64,000 bases of DNA from Negaprion brevirostris (taxonomy: Eukaryota): the NCBI GenBank assembly GCA_030324005.1, contig JARDVH010000146.1, positions 26,304,108 to 26,368,107 of the forward strand, in the 5' to 3' direction. The notes under the pieces are model-generated. The model was not told where the DNA came from. It did no database searches and worked only from the letters and a program-made list of their open reading frames with translations. Below, piece after piece: positions 1 to 13,422 of the stretch. Numbering within the stretch: position 1 is the stretch's first letter; the number at the start of each line of letters is the position of its first letter. Made by a program: the position numbers and the translations under genes.

Positions 1-638
1 AAAATCCCTAGAAAAAGTTATGCCTTGTATAAAATGCAATGGCTTTTTAATGGGAAATAACTTCAAGCTACCGCTGCACATCTTTGTTGCCTCTGTAAAC
101 AATTTTATACTTAGAGTTTGAAATTTATCAACAATTATTTAAAAATCCATATATTTTTACAACTTTTTTCTTCTTTTAAAAAGTCATTGTCTTCATTTTA
201 GATTCTTTCTTAATAGTCAATCATTTATTTTGTTACCTGACAATTTAAAAGTGTGTGTTTTAAGTGCTTTCAATTTCCTGGTTTGCTTTGTGTGAAGAAT
301 TAAATTTGTTTGGCTGCCTAACATCATTGTTGCCGCATGCTAAGACATCCCCTTGACTTGGCATTGGGGAGATGTCCACCACAAACATCTCTAGATCTAC
401 GTGGGCAGCTTTCTTTGAGGCCGCAGTGGGTGGCCTTGCTTTGCTGCTGACCGCAAAGTCCAGGCCATAAAGCACAACATCTAATGGATTATGAATCACA
501 GAAAACACAAAAGTTCACATTTTGAAAAATTGATTGCTGAGCTAGAAATGTATCAGTCAATAAATTACAACAAACAGATTAAGAAACAATTTTATCAATA
601 TACTTGTTGCTCATCTGAGGCAGAAGCTTCAGATATAC

Positions 639-827
639 CTGGTGCTCTGTGATGAGCGTTTTGACCTGTTCAATGTCCTTTGGCATAGAGTCCTGATCCC
701 TCTGTACAAGCGTAGTTTCAGCCCACTGTAACCAGGCCAACAATTCATCCAATAATTCCGCATTGGTAACCAACTCTGATAGTGCGGTTGCCAATCGTTG
801 CTGGTGCTGCTTTGCCCATGTCAACAC
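639..827 (-). CDS. MACF1: MACF1 exon (VLTWAKQHQQRL...LITEHQ), 189 nt
   Basis: tctag / gtatat; last recognisable exon in the window. Confidence 0.93.
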
Positions 828-2337
828 CTAGAGATAGAATGACAAAAATAAAATTATAAATGTTCCTTTTTTTTGGCTTGATGACAAACGTAAAAATCCA
901 TAGGTAGAAAATCTTGATTGTGAAGAAGTCTGCTGCTTGCTAAAAGGTCCCTTTTCGAATACCTAACACTTGAAATTTTCAGATAATATCTTTGCCAAAT
1001 ATTGCATCATTAAAAACATACACAGAGCCTGAGAAGCTGTAAGTACACACTGTTCCTTATTTAGGATGCTTAAATGAGTGCTNNNNNNNNNNNNNNNNNN
1101 NNNNNNNNNNNNNNNNNNNNNNNNNNNNNNNNNNNNNNNNNNNNNNNNNNNNNNNNNNNNNNNNNNNNNNNNNNNNNNNNNNCTATTAAGTCTATGAGGA
1201 GAAATTAGCATCCAGAACTTCAAGCCTATTTCCATTTTATTTAAGGTAACAAATTTACAATGAGGAACCACAACTGATGATTTGTATCCAGGCTATGAAC
1301 CACAGTATGTCTGTTCTAAATAACTGTAAATGTTCTATTTACATCAAGGTGATCCTTGATATGGCACAGTCATCCAATGAGCATCCAGGCCAAGCCAATA
1401 TCCAAGCCTGTGAAATGCTTAGATCAGGTTTTTGCTATCCAATACTCCTGCAATCTCTCTAATCCTAGCCCTACTTGTCGTTAGGATATTTCCAGTTCTT
1501 CATTTGCAATTGTGAAGACAAAGCAGTCCAGCTGGATGGCTCTGACCAGAAGACTGGATTCTGACCCTGCACCAGATTAAGTTTAGTAGACACCATTGGT
1601 AACATCTCCTCCTTCAATGTGAGGATGCCCATATTCTGCTGGCTCTGCAGTCATCCATCATTTCAAGTCCACCTCTTCGCTCAGCAGGACCAAAGGAATG
1701 AGCTGGAACTACAAACTGAGCAGACCATAATCCCACTCAAGTCCATCCACTCTAAATTGGACATAAAGTTATATTCCTAGTTGTGCCACTGAACCACACA
1801 ATGGGTGGTATGAAATGCTGAGATAAAAATGATCATAATTAGGTGTAGTTATTCATTTAAAACATATCCTGAAGAGACACCAAACTTATAGAAATGCCAG
1901 TTGGAAGCTTTTCTCACCCAACATACAATCTGCTCTCAATAATGATATCAACTTCATGGAATAAAAATATATTTTAATATTAATGATTACCTGTGGTATC
2001 AGAAATATCTTCTCGCACATAATTAACTTTAGGGTAATATAATATAAAATAATGTTGGTTAAACACTATGAACGAAAGTGTAAGAACAGAGGTACTGCTA
2101 TAATTATAGTGGAGCAATAAACTGTGAAAAGGGAAAGGAACACAAGAACTGGAATAGATCATACAGCCCCCCAAGCTTATTCCGCCAATTAGAAAATGGG
2201 GAAAACAGAACATTGCAACAGTGACATTTCCTTATCTCAAACATCATCATTTGTCACACATTTAACTTAGACGAAGTAGCTTTTAAAACTGCAGTATCAC
2301 TGCAAATCAATTTCACTGTTCCCTCGCTGGGTGACTG

Positions 2338-2431
2338 ACATAGAAACCAGAAGCAGGAGGAGATCATTTGGCCTTTGGGCATGCTCTGCCATTCATTTTG
2401 ATCATGGCTGATCATCACATTCCATCTCCTG

Positions 2432-2488
<57 letters not shown>

Positions 2489-3185
2489 NNNNNNNNNNNN
2501 NNNNNNNNNNNNNNNNNNNNNNNNNNNNNNNNNNNNNNNNNNNNNNNNNNNNNNNNNNNNNNNNNNNNNNNNNNNNNNNNNNNNNNNNNNNNNNNNNNNN
2601 NNNNNNNNNNNNNNNNNNNNNNNNNNNNNNNNNNNNNNNNNNGGATCCGAACCGCCTTAGTCTTTCCTCTTATGACAGTTCTGCCATCCCAGGGATAGTC
2701 TGGTAAACCTTTGCTGTACTCCCTCTATAGCAAGGATATCCTTCCTCAGATAAAGACACCAAAACTGCACACAATACTCCTGGTGTGGCCTCACCAATGC
2801 CCTATACAATTACAGCAAAACATCCCTATCACTATACTCAAAACCTCTCACTATGAAGGACAACATAGCATTTGCCTTCTTTACTGTCTGCTGTACCTGC
2901 ATGCTTACTTTCAGCGATTGATGTATGAGGGCACCAAGGTCTCGCTGAATATCCACCTTTCTCAATTTACATCCAAATAATAATCTATCTTCCTAGTCTT
3001 GCTACCAAAGTGGATAACCTCACATTTATCCACATTATACTGCACCTGCCATGCACATGCCCGCACACACAGCTGTCCGAATGATGCTGAAGCATCTCTG
3101 CATCCTCCTCACAGCTCACCCTCCCACCCAACTTTGTATCATCTGCAAGTCTGGAGATAATATATTCAGCTCTTCCAAATCATTA
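2338..3185 (-). mobile_element. CR1-type LINE 3' fragment interrupted by poly-G and gap
   Basis: Reverse-complement CR1 RT C-terminal sequence (ALVRPHQEYCVQFWCLYLRKDIL) and tail. Confidence 0.8.
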
Positions 3186-4149
3186 GTATGTATATACATA
3201 CTTTATCAGCAAAGACTGTGATGTAATTGTCAATATGCAACTTTAGTTCCTTGGCTCATCATTATGCAGTATAAGAATAAAATGCAGCTAAGAAGTTAGT
3301 TAATTTTCTTAGGCTTGCTGGACAAAACCAGCTGATCAATTTGCATTTTGCAATACTAAAGTTCGAAATAACTTTTGTTACAATACTAAATTTTAAGATT
3401 GCATGCAAAATATTTTCACTTTGGGTAAGTCTCCACCCATACAGCACACACACTGCTCAGATAAAAAACAGATATGAGCTGCTCAAGTTCAGTTTTTTTT
3501 GGAACCACTACTGTTTTACAATGATGTGCTACCACTCCTCTACAGCTGCTGCATCATCAAATTTTCCAGTTCCCAATCATGCTCTAAAGGTAGACTATTC
3601 ATTTGCCAGTAGACTTTCCGAAGTAGCGGAAATCCCCAAATTACAGTTGCAGGCTATTCATTCTCTATTCCAATCTGTGTTCATGACAACTATGACTGAG
3701 CTGCTGGAGGAACTGCAGAGCAGAGACAGACTCTGACATTCTATGGAAAGCAAAACAGGACAGAGAGAGAGACAATTTTGCACTTTACTTGGGTTAATCT
3801 TCTGTTTGCGTAATTTTGCCTCAAATTTTTACCAATTTTACATCAGAATTCCAAATGATTAGTTCAACATACAAGTGTATGCAATAAGAAATTCCACCTG
3901 AAGACATTTTCCTGTCTTTTTAAAAAAGCTGTTCAAAACTAATATATTTAATCTCTGGTAGTAACATTAGAAGGTAACTCGCCATTCCAAGGTTTAAAAA
4001 AGTAGACGTCAGCACTGTAACTAATAGAACATTTAAAGTTAATAAAAATATTGTTTTATTTAAAAATTAAGTGCTTGAACCCCATTTTATGTAATCATTC
4101 AGCTTTTCATGAATCTGAAATCATCTGCTTCATTCCCTCTCCAACTTAC

Positions 4150-4293
4150 TTCTTCGAAGCGGGCTCGGATAATTGTGATCCAGTGTTTGACAGTGGTCAC
4201 ACAGTCTGGGTGGCACACTGCTAAAATGGCCTCTCCCATACCAGCTGCTTTATTTACATCTACACGCTTCTCTTCCACTTTCTTCATGAATTC
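4150..4293 (-). CDS. MACF1: MACF1 exon ([13 protein letters not shown]...RARFEE), 144 nt
   Basis: tccag / gtaagt. Confidence 0.93.
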
Positions 4294-4521
4294 CTGGAAC
4301 ATTCAAAAGTTAAAAGTTAACAGCTCTTGTAAAAGGACACTACATTCAAGAAACCAAAGCTCTGAATGGGATTTGAGTTAAAAAATCTTTAACACTAAAC
4401 AGATAAAAATATTTCTATTGAACATGAATCTATGGATTAATCTGTAATCCATTTCTACTATCAATGCACTGAACCTTTTAAAGGCAAAGAACTTCACTTC
4501 ACAATTCAACTGTGAACTCAC

Positions 4522-4650
4522 CTTGTGTAAATCTATCAAGGACTGCAGAGCCTCCACATCATCTGGTAGAACTCCTCGGAATCGAAGTGACTGCTCGGCC
4601 TCAGAAAGCCATTCCAGGAGAGCGTGGACAGCATTACGGAATTCCTCTGC
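4522..4650 (-). CDS. MACF1: MACF1 exon ([15 protein letters not shown]...IDLHK), 129 nt
   Basis: cacag / gtgagt; read by hand. Confidence 0.92.
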
Positions 4651-4959
4651 CTGTGGCAGAGTTCAATAATGACATACATTAGTTGTCTTCTGATATTTAA
4701 ATGAGACATTAGAGTGTCACAGCAGTTGCACTGATATTTCAAATAAATTCTATGCACATAAAAAAGAAAATCTAATTTTAATTTACAATTAAGTTAGCGC
4801 TTCACATTACTTTGAATGACCATGAGAAAAGATAATTGTGAATCACTGGGTCTATACAACTACATATGACTATACCACATAAAAGTAATTGATTTTGATA
4901 GATTGTTTGCACCCAAATTTCACTTGAGGAAAAATCCAAATTATTAATCAAAATTCTTC

Positions 4960-5475
4960 TCTTCATAGCAAGAGCTCAGGAACTGCAGATGAGCAGAAGC
5001 ATTTAGACGTCAATGCACAGAAATCACTGGAAACTAATGCACAGGTACAAAATGCAATCCAAATGGCTAAGAAAATCTTGCCTTTACCTCAAAAGGGACT
5101 GGAATAAAGAGGGGAGAAAATTATACTTCAGTCATACAAAGCCTTGGAACCCATCTGGAGTAATGCATTCAGTTTTGGCACCATACTTCAGGAGGGCAAA
5201 TTCACTAGAATAATATCAGTTCTTAAAAAGGGTTTAATTATGAGGACAACTTACATAAACCTTGTTTGTACATCTTGAGTTTAGAAGTTGAGAGTTGATC
5301 TTATCTATGAGATTCAATATCCAGACAAGGGGCTCCAATCTTAAAATTAAAATGTCATTCAGGAGAGAGTTCAGGAAGCATTTTTTCATTTGAAGGGTAA
5401 CAAAATCCAGAATTCATCCCCAAAAGGCAGTGGATGCTGGGCAAATTGAAATTTTCAAGACCAAGCTTGATAGCT
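4960..5475 (+). mobile_element. Degraded CR1-type LINE fragment
   Basis: catctggagtaatgcattcagttttggcaccatac resembles the HLEYC.QFW.P coding stretch. Confidence 0.65.
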
Positions 5476-5791
5476 GAAGTTCATCCAGGCTCAAAATGTT
5501 AGCTCTATTCTCTCTACACAGATGCTGTCTGGCCTACTGAGTGTTTGCAGCATTTTCTGTTTTTGTTTCAGATTCCAGCACCCGCAGTGCTTTAATATTA
5601 CACTGATCTTTTGGTATTAGTTACAGCATTATCTCCATCAATGAGTACAAATTACATCAGTGAATACAAATTACATCAATGTAAAATTGGGACCAGCATC
5701 ACAGCAGTATGAAATACTCCATCATACTATATAGGCAGTTACTGTGCACCTCCTTTGCCTGGTTCTATCATTAATTACTATGTGTTCTCAC

Positions 5792-5986
5792 CTGCTTAAG
5801 CGCTTGCTCAAGTCGTGTCTGTTTAGAAACAGAGAGCTTACAGACTGTGTCCCACCGAATGCTCAGTTCCTGCAGCTGAACTTTCACCCACGTCGTATCG
5901 TCGCGACTGTTTTCAATCAATTCACGAGCTGACCGTTTTAGCACTTGTACACTACTGGTTCGCTTACCAAGTTCTTTCTGGAAAAC
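5792..5986 (-). CDS. MACF1: MACF1 exon ([10 protein letters not shown]...LEQALKQ), 195 nt
   Basis: tgcag / gtgaga. Confidence 0.93.
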
Positions 5987-6191
5987 CTGCATGAAAAAGA
6001 AAATGTTTCAATGCTTAATATGAAATAGAGTTTAAGAAATCAAAAATTTAACTTAACTTTTCAGCACAAACAAAAAGCCTCAAAATTTGATAGAGACGCA
6101 CGGCTATATAGGACTGTCAGTTGGCTGTTAGATATTTCAATGAAGCAACATAAGGATGGAACGTAATGCTTTCTTAACAAGAACAGTTTAC

Positions 6192-6351
6192 CTTGTGAGC
6201 ATCCATCAAGTTCATCACTAGATCTAGGTCTCCATGAACAGGCTGATCCTCAGCTAACTGTGGTTCAACCTTATAGAGCCAATCAACAAGAGCCTGGAGT
6301 GCATCAGTAAACTGTCCTGAAAACAGGAGGGCCTCCTCCAATTTGTGCTGC
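6192..6351 (-). CDS. MACF1: MACF1 exon ([14 protein letters not shown]...LMDAHK), 160 nt, phase 2-0
   Basis: ttcag / gtaaac; read by hand. Confidence 0.92.
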
Positions 6352-6818
6352 CTGAACGGGACCAGAAAACAACAATCTTTAATACTTGGTAAAGTTATAC
6401 CCTTTTAACATTAGGTTTAATCAGTGTGAAACAAGAATCTGTAGCCAAATTAAATGGATATAGCTTATCAGTAAACAACTTCTATTTTTAAAAAAAGTGA
6501 CTGCAAGTTANNNNNNNNNNAGATTCAATCTTTCACAAAGTATCAGTAATCTATCCAGATTAAGGTTGCAGAGGGATGTCAATAAATATCTAGTTTAATT
6601 GGAAAAGCTCTCCATTTCGGCACACAAGTGTATCCAATTTCACAGGACATATATGAAAACCAGTCAGCATACAGTAAATCCAGTGACAGTGATGTTGTCT
6701 GTTTCTAAGTCACTAGTTATGACTAAATACGTTACAGTATACTAATAACTCTCTTGGTTGGAAAATTTCACTTGATCCTAGACAACAATAAGCTAAAAAC
6801 ATATTTATTCCTCCTTAC

Positions 6819-6988
6819 CTCTCCACAGATTTACCACAGACAGTGTCCCACTTATCTCGCACTTCTCCCAACAGATTATCCAATTTCTGACGGTCATCTG
6901 TAAGCGAGGCTTTTTCTTTCATGGAGCGGCCCATTCGGATTGTGGTATCATATACAGGCTGTTTCCCACCCAGAGTTTTTTGGAAATC
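6819..6988 (-). CDS. MACF1: MACF1 exon ([10 protein letters not shown]...CGKSVER), 170 nt, phase 0-2
   Basis: acaag acceptor (AAG), gtaagg donor. Confidence 0.9.
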
Positions 6989-7724
6989 CTTGTTTGAATT
7001 TAAAAAGAGCACAGCAATGTTGGAAATGTGAAAGTACAGAGTGACAAATCAGATCTCAATTTGGCAATCACAGACTTGATCATTAAAGTATTCACATTTT
7101 TGAGTTAATGCCTAAAATGTTTTATTTAATTGCCATTGGGACATTTCAAATCAGGTTACATGTGACATTATATGATTAGGTTCCAAATCTTGCAACTGAA
7201 CTTGCAAAATTATATCTGAAGGATCTAAATGCTTTGAAACAATATTGATTTGAGGACTGGACATCTGGGGAAACATTAAAACTACTCACTTGCAAAGACT
7301 TTTATCTAACCCCATGTTTTAAAACAAGAACTGCTTTTTCATTCAGAAATACTGCATAGATTTAGTTATAGTTGTCCCTGTAGTTTGATGAATTTAATCC
7401 TTTTGCCTGCATTAAGTTCTGACTAAAAGGCTCGAAGTTTGGCACCAATCTTGCACTCATTATCTTTCTGGTTTATACAATAAAGGAAAACTTCAAAATG
7501 ATAAGGCATGAATAAATGTCAACTTTGCAACTGCACAGCCACTTGGATAAGTATGCAAAGGTTTGCAGATCACCAAGTAGCAAACTGTAAACATAAGCTC
7601 ATCTCAGTTAACAATACACTAAGTGATGCTATACACTCGGGCAAAAATAGTGAAAATTGTTCACTAACTGACAATGAATGGTTAAAGACTAGACTATGGT
7701 ACGTTCAACTATTACTTTGCTTAT

Positions 7725-8760
7725 ATTTGCAGAATTGGATCCAAGATTGGCTCTGTGACAGGAAACAAAGGGTAATGGTCAATAGGTGTTTTTGCAAATG
7801 AAAAGTGGTCTCCAGTGGCACTTCACAAGGCTCAATGTTGCAGGCCTTGCTGCTTATATACATTAATAATTTGGACTAAAATGTGGGAAGCACGATTGGA
7901 AAGTTTGTAGATGGCAGAAAAATTGGTGGTGTGGTTGATAGTGAAAAGGATAGCTGTTGTCTCCAGAATTGTATCACTGGTTTGCTTGCGTGCCTGGAAA
8001 AGTGGCAAATAGAATTTAATCTGGAAAATTGTGAGGGAATGCTTTTGGGAACCACAAGCAAAGCTAGGGGATACTCAATAAATGGGAAGGTGTTGAGTGG
8101 GATTGAGGAAGTGACAGTACATATCTAAATGTCCTTAAAGTGGCAGGACAAATCATATAAGAATGTTTTCCTTAACTGGGCATGGTACTGAATACAAAAG
8201 CAAGGGCATAATGCTGAAACTGTATAATACACTGGTTAAGGCACAGTTGGAATTTTGTGTATAGTTCCAGTCACCACATTACAAGGACACAACTGCTCTG
8301 GAGAAATTACAGAGGGGGTTTACAAGAATGTTGCCATGGCTTGAAAATTGCAACTATGACAAGAGATTGGATAGACTGGATTGTTTTTGTTCGAATAGAG
8401 GAGACTGAAGGGTTACCTAATTGAAGTGTATAAAATTGTGAAGAGCCAAGATGGGGTAGATAAAAAAGACCCGTTTCCCCTGAGCTGAGGGGTCAGTTAC
8501 TAGGGACACAGACTTAAGGTGATTGATAGAAGGAACATGAGGGCAGTGGGTGCCTGAAATTCACTACCCAAATGGTGTTTGTGGCTGGAGTGTTTAAAAA
8601 ATATTTTGATCTGCAGCTAAAGTGCTGAAATCTGCAAGGCAATGGACCGGGTGTTAGAAAGTGGAATTAATATGAAACACTTGTAGTTTTTCCCCCTATT
8701 TTGGCTGGCTCAGACCCAATGGGTTGAATGTCCTGTGTTGTAACTTTTCTATGGTTCTAT
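7725..8760 (+). mobile_element. CR1-type LINE fragment (RT to 3' tail)
   Basis: WIQDWLCDRKQRVMVN, IGKFVDGRKIGG (decayed FADD), KWQIEFN, ttctatggttctat tail. Confidence 0.85.
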
Positions 8761-9455
8761 ATAGGAGGAAACTGCTGGCTTTTATTATTTGGATCATTCT
8801 GTCCTATTTGTAACAGGAATTGGAAATTGACAATTTGGATTAAATGGCATACATTTTTTTCTGGTGAGACTTGCTAACACCTACTTCTCTAAGTATTGGA
8901 TAGAATTTCCATCAATTCAAACCCTAGCAAACTAGAGTCAAATTGTGAAGTGAGAAAAAATTGCTGATGCCAATCCACATATTATCAGAAAATTCTTGCT
9001 TTTTTAAAAACTGAAAGTGTACAGTTAAAAGGTCTGCATGTGACAATATCCTGCCTTCTTGGCTGTTAGTATAGTTATCTAAATTACATTTCTCTTCTTG
9101 AAAAATCGCCATTTCTCATTTTGATTAGCAAACAGTTGTCTTTTTTTGCATGAAGTCTTCCTTGCTGGTTGTGTCCAACTGCCTGAACTGGATGGTGGGG
9201 TGCCAAACCACAAGGGACCAAGTAGGTTCCATGTCCAAGTGAAATTCGATAATCTCAAACAGTACAGCATTGAGGGTGTTAAAACTGGCCTCAGCATTCC
9301 TTAGAGGCTGTTAGAAGGTCACTATCATCAACAGGGGGTAGGCAAAGGGAATATATGAAGGGGGGGTTGGGGGGAAGGAGGAAGAAATGAAAATTGCAGT
9401 TTGAACCTGAAAGAATCAGGACCAGTTTTCTGGAATGGAGCATCGGATTTCTTAC

Positions 9456-9575
9456 CTTGTGTTTTGACAGCTGCAATTTAATTTTATCTGGATCATTGGA
9501 AATTTCAAGATCGGTGTCCAGGTTGTTTTCTGCTTCCTCAAGCCAATCAATCAATTTTTTCCAGGCTTCATAGAA
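9456..9575 (-). CDS. MACF1: MACF1 exon ([12 protein letters not shown]...QLSKHK), 120 nt
   Basis: ttcag / gtaaga. Confidence 0.93.
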
Positions 9576-10667
9576 CTGAAATTACAAAAACACAATGCTC
9601 TGAATTAAACTCACTTGGATCAAAATCAAAATAAACATTTTTGTCAAGAAGTTGCAATAGAACCCATTTGTGTTTTGTATCATCACAAACTATTTGCACC
9701 ATTAAAATAGTTGGGTGCAAGGGCCAGACGGAGCTGCGTAAGGTAAATTATTTCAAAAGCTAAAGGCTTTCAAAAATTAGCAAAAAATTCTTGGGGTAAA
9801 TGTGGGTCAACCTTTGCATCCAAGTTGCTCAATATTTTGGAACAGCTGTCTTCAGTTCCAGGCACATTGTCAAATTGAGTGAAGATACAAAAATGGTTCA
9901 AGTGTCTTATCACTGCTCATGTTACAGCGCATATCAGTTTTTAAAATTACATATCCATATTCTTTGAAGTATTAAGAACAAAATTAAATTAAAACAAACC
10001 GTTTTAAGCAGAGTAACCCAAACTAGAAATTATAATTTAAGTTTAATTGATTCTGCCTTCCTCCCGTGCAGAATCTTCACCATCATAAGTCTAGGGAAAG
10101 TGGGAAATGTTATCGTAAACCAAATACTGTCAAGTATTTTCAAGGGAGTGTATTAAATAGTGTTACTGACAGGCTTGAAGGAGAGCTCTGCAGGGTGAAA
10201 TGTTCCCCCCCCTACATAAGGATCATAATATGGACAAGGTGGCTTGCATTTTGTGATGGAGCAATATGGATATATCAAGTACATTAATCTTTATTCCAAT
10301 AATTAAATAGAATCATGTGAGAGTATCCTAAACATATTGGATTTTGCTTTCTGCTAAAATGAGAAGTTTGAGGAAAAAATGTGCTTTCTTATCATGCTTT
10401 TCATGACTACCAGGGCAGGAAGTATTTCTTAAGTATAATTATTGTTGTATTGTAGGAACCACAGCAGGTAATGTCCAGACAATCTGATTTCTGTGATGTT
10501 AATTTAGGAATAAACATTGGCCATAGGATCTTTAACATCCGTTCAATGGGTCTCAGTATCACCGTTATGTCCACCTTGATTTCTGCCTGGAGTGGGTCAG
10601 AATTAGGTCACAGGTATTTTTGAAGACATTTCCCTCATATATGCCATCTGTCAATATTTTGCACCAA

Positions 10668-10825
10668 TGCAGTAGAGGTGGTGGTATTGTCACTGGAGTC
10701 ATGATCCAGGGTAAAACTCTGGGGCCCTAGGTTCAAATCTCACAGTATTGAATTTGAATTCAATAAAAACCTGGAACTGAAAGTCTAATGATGACCATGA
10801 AATCATCGTAGTTTGTCATAAAAAT
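10668..10825 (+). mobile_element. Fragment of a second tRNA-derived SINE family
   Basis: A-box-like start and GGTTCAAATC B-box; a probable 3' end of this family is at about 41125-41235. Confidence 0.5.
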
Positions 10826-11585
10826 ACTATAATCAAGGTTATGGTACCCGGAGTAGTTTCATTATGGTCACATTAATGATTGCTGCACTGCCTGGATTGA
10901 AGACTTAAACTGGCCAGCCTAGAGAGTTTAGTTGTCCCAGGAACAAAGAGGATTTTGGAGAAGTTGACAGAATATAAACTACGAGCAATGNNNNNNNNNN
11001 NNNNNNNNNNNNNNNNNNNNNNNNNNNNNNNNNNNNNNNNNNNNNNNNNNNNNNNNNNNNNNNNNNNNNNNNNNNNNNNNNNNNNNNNNNATGTTATTAA
11101 TCAGCTATTATCATATATGAGTTTAATCTCCTCACTTGGTCTTTAAACTTGTTAAAAACAAAAAAAAACCTTGTATTTATGCAACATTGTCTCAAGAGTT
11201 TTATAGAACAACATTTGACGCTGAGCTACATGAAGCAATATTAAGCAGTGCTAACTGTTGGTCAAGGAAGTAGGTTTAAAGAAGCACCGACAATTAGCAG
11301 TGCCAAAGGCTGCAGACAGGTCAAGAAGTACAAGGGTGGCAGGCCTAACTTTTGTCAAGGTCACCTAGCATACTATTTGTCATTTGAGAAGGCCCATTTC
11401 ACTGATGAGGCAAAGGTAGAAATCAGACTGTAGGGATTCAAATATGGCATGCTGGGAAAGATGGGCATAGATTTGGGAAGCAGCAACATGTTCCAACATA
11501 ATAAACAAATCTTCCCATACAAGTGCTTTTGGCAAAAAGGCCAGGAAAAATCCAGTCTGCAAACATTCACATTGATCCTGCGTAC

Positions 11586-11792
11586 CTGCTTTGCACGTTT
11601 TCTGGCCTCATCAAGTGCTCTTCCTCTCTCAACAGAGCGCTGTACCACTTTCTCCCAACGTGACTGCACACTGAAGAGAAGGTTCTTTATCAGAACCACA
11701 TCTTGTTTTTGGCTAAGAAACTTCAACTGATTTCCAGTTTTATCCAGGTCAATGATTTGGTCACGATGGGAATTTACTTCATTAGCAAAAAT
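11586..11792 (-). CDS. MACF1: MACF1 exon ([12 protein letters not shown]...RKRAKQ), 207 nt
   Basis: tccag / gtacgc. Confidence 0.93.
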
Positions 11793-12399
11793 CTGGAAAA
11801 TAGCAACAGGCATTACCTAAACCTCTCTGCAAGGTATCTCTTTATCTTTGCCTTGTTTTGCATTCTCAGGTCTCATTAGGCAATAGGTAGAAAACATGTT
11901 GCAAGTACTCTGCAGGTACTGCTTTTTAACTGGTCATTGGGAAGTATCTCACTGTTCCCTGCAAATTATTCTGTTATTAATGTTTTTTTCATGCAGAGAA
12001 ACCCACAATATCACAGCTAAGATTCGGAATAAAGGGTACAAGCCCTCTGCCAAGAATTTAATAATGTGTACTGATGACCACAGCAAACAGCAAAATGTTA
12101 TTTCATTATGAGTACATTGTATTATTATATATTCTATCACAGGAGAGATATGTTTGAACACTTTCGTTATTTTATTAAGAATTTTGTTGAATGGATTGTT
12201 AACATAAACATTTGTATTCTTCACATCACTCCAATATTGATTTATGAATTGTTGAAAGTACAATGTATTTTCACAAACTATTAAGAGTAAAGTAAAAGTA
12301 GAAACGTTTTGGTGTGTGGACATGCTTTATAAGATCCTGAAGTGCGGCAGTTGTCAACGGACATCTTCAAGCTTCTGAATTACTGCAGTCCTCCTAACT

Positions 12400-12670
12400 C
12401 TAGCATTGAGCAGTCACCCGGTTCTTGACCTCAGTATTGAAGCAGGTGCCTGGTTCCTGATCCCAGCATCGAGCAGTCGCCTCTTTCCCAAGACCAGTAT
12501 TGAACAGTCACCTGGTTCTTACCCTCAGTAGTCGCCCAGTTCCTGACCCCAATATTGAGCAGCTGTCCCTTTCTTATCTCAGTATCGAGCAGGCAACTCA
12601 TCCCCATTCTGAATATCGAGTAATCACCCTGTTTCCCCTCCAACTGTATTGAAGCAGTCTTGTCATTCCT
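12400..12670. repeat. Degenerate minisatellite, unit about 31 bp (CAGTATYGAGCAGTCACCTGGTTCYTGACCY-like)
   Basis: About 8-9 diverged units visible by eye. Confidence 0.7.
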
Positions 12671-12775
12671 CATCCCTTGGACTGAGGCAATGCCACTTGT
12701 ACTATCCTCAAACCCAAACATGAGACTGCCTGCCATCCCTAGCTCTAATCCAGTACCCAAAGTCTAATCCAGTAC

Positions 12776-12931
12776 CTTGTGCTCATCTATCTGGAAAAGG
12801 ACTGTATCGACGATAAGACTAGGAGGTGGTGCGACATTCAGATTTTGCTCTGCTTGAGTAAGCCAATTAATGAAATCCTGCAAGGAATTCTGAAACTCTG
12901 TTGCGAGATTGAGAGCCTCCTCTAGCTTGGT
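12776..12931 (-). CDS. MACF1: MACF1 exon ([14 protein letters not shown]...QIDEHK), 156 nt
   Basis: ttcag / gtactg; read by hand. Confidence 0.92.
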
Positions 12932-13251
12932 CTGAAAAGGAAAAAAACAGGAGAGTCATAGAACGGTTACAGCACAGAAGGCAGCCATTTGGCTCACTGA
13001 GTTTGTGCTGGTTCTCTGAAAGAGCAACTCAGCTAATCCCATCCTTCTCCACCTTTTCCCTGTGTTCCTGCAATTCTTTTCTTTCCAGATAAAAAATATA
13101 GAATTGCTAGAGAGAAATAGTGAATACAACAGGAGCTAAAATTATGTTATTAAAAATCTTCATCTTATTTGGAATTATGGTGGAATATGTTTTTAAATAA
13201 ATATTGCTAATCTCCCACTTCTGATGCAGTTAATATTGTTGGCCATCCTAC

Positions 13252-13422
13252 CTTCTTTTCTGCCATCTTTGTGCTCATCGATTGCCACTTCTGTTCTAAT
13301 AACGTGACACACTGTTCAACATTAGATCCTGTAGCGTCATCTCGAGTACTCAATAAAAGCCGGCCCTTCTCGTGCAAGTTTTTATATGTCTCCTCATTAG
13401 CACAGAACTCTCTGTGGAGTTC
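13252..13422 (-). CDS. MACF1: MACF1 exon (ELHREFCANEETY...KMAEKK), 171 nt
   Basis: tttag / gtagga; read by hand. Confidence 0.9.

Noticed and set aside
2433-2642. 56-nt poly-G run and the poly-Gly ORF 2368-2706
   Set aside because: Abuts an N gap inside a CR1 fragment; typical of a two-colour sequencing no-signal artefact, not a G-quadruplex locus or coding sequence.
5637-5682. 19-bp tandem duplication, and a similar short duplication at 61880-61945
   Set aside because: Ordinary local slippage with no evidence of function.
12400-12670. Spaced repeat superficially resembling a CRISPR array
   Set aside because: Eukaryotic intron, units diverge along their whole length, no unique spacers or cas genes.
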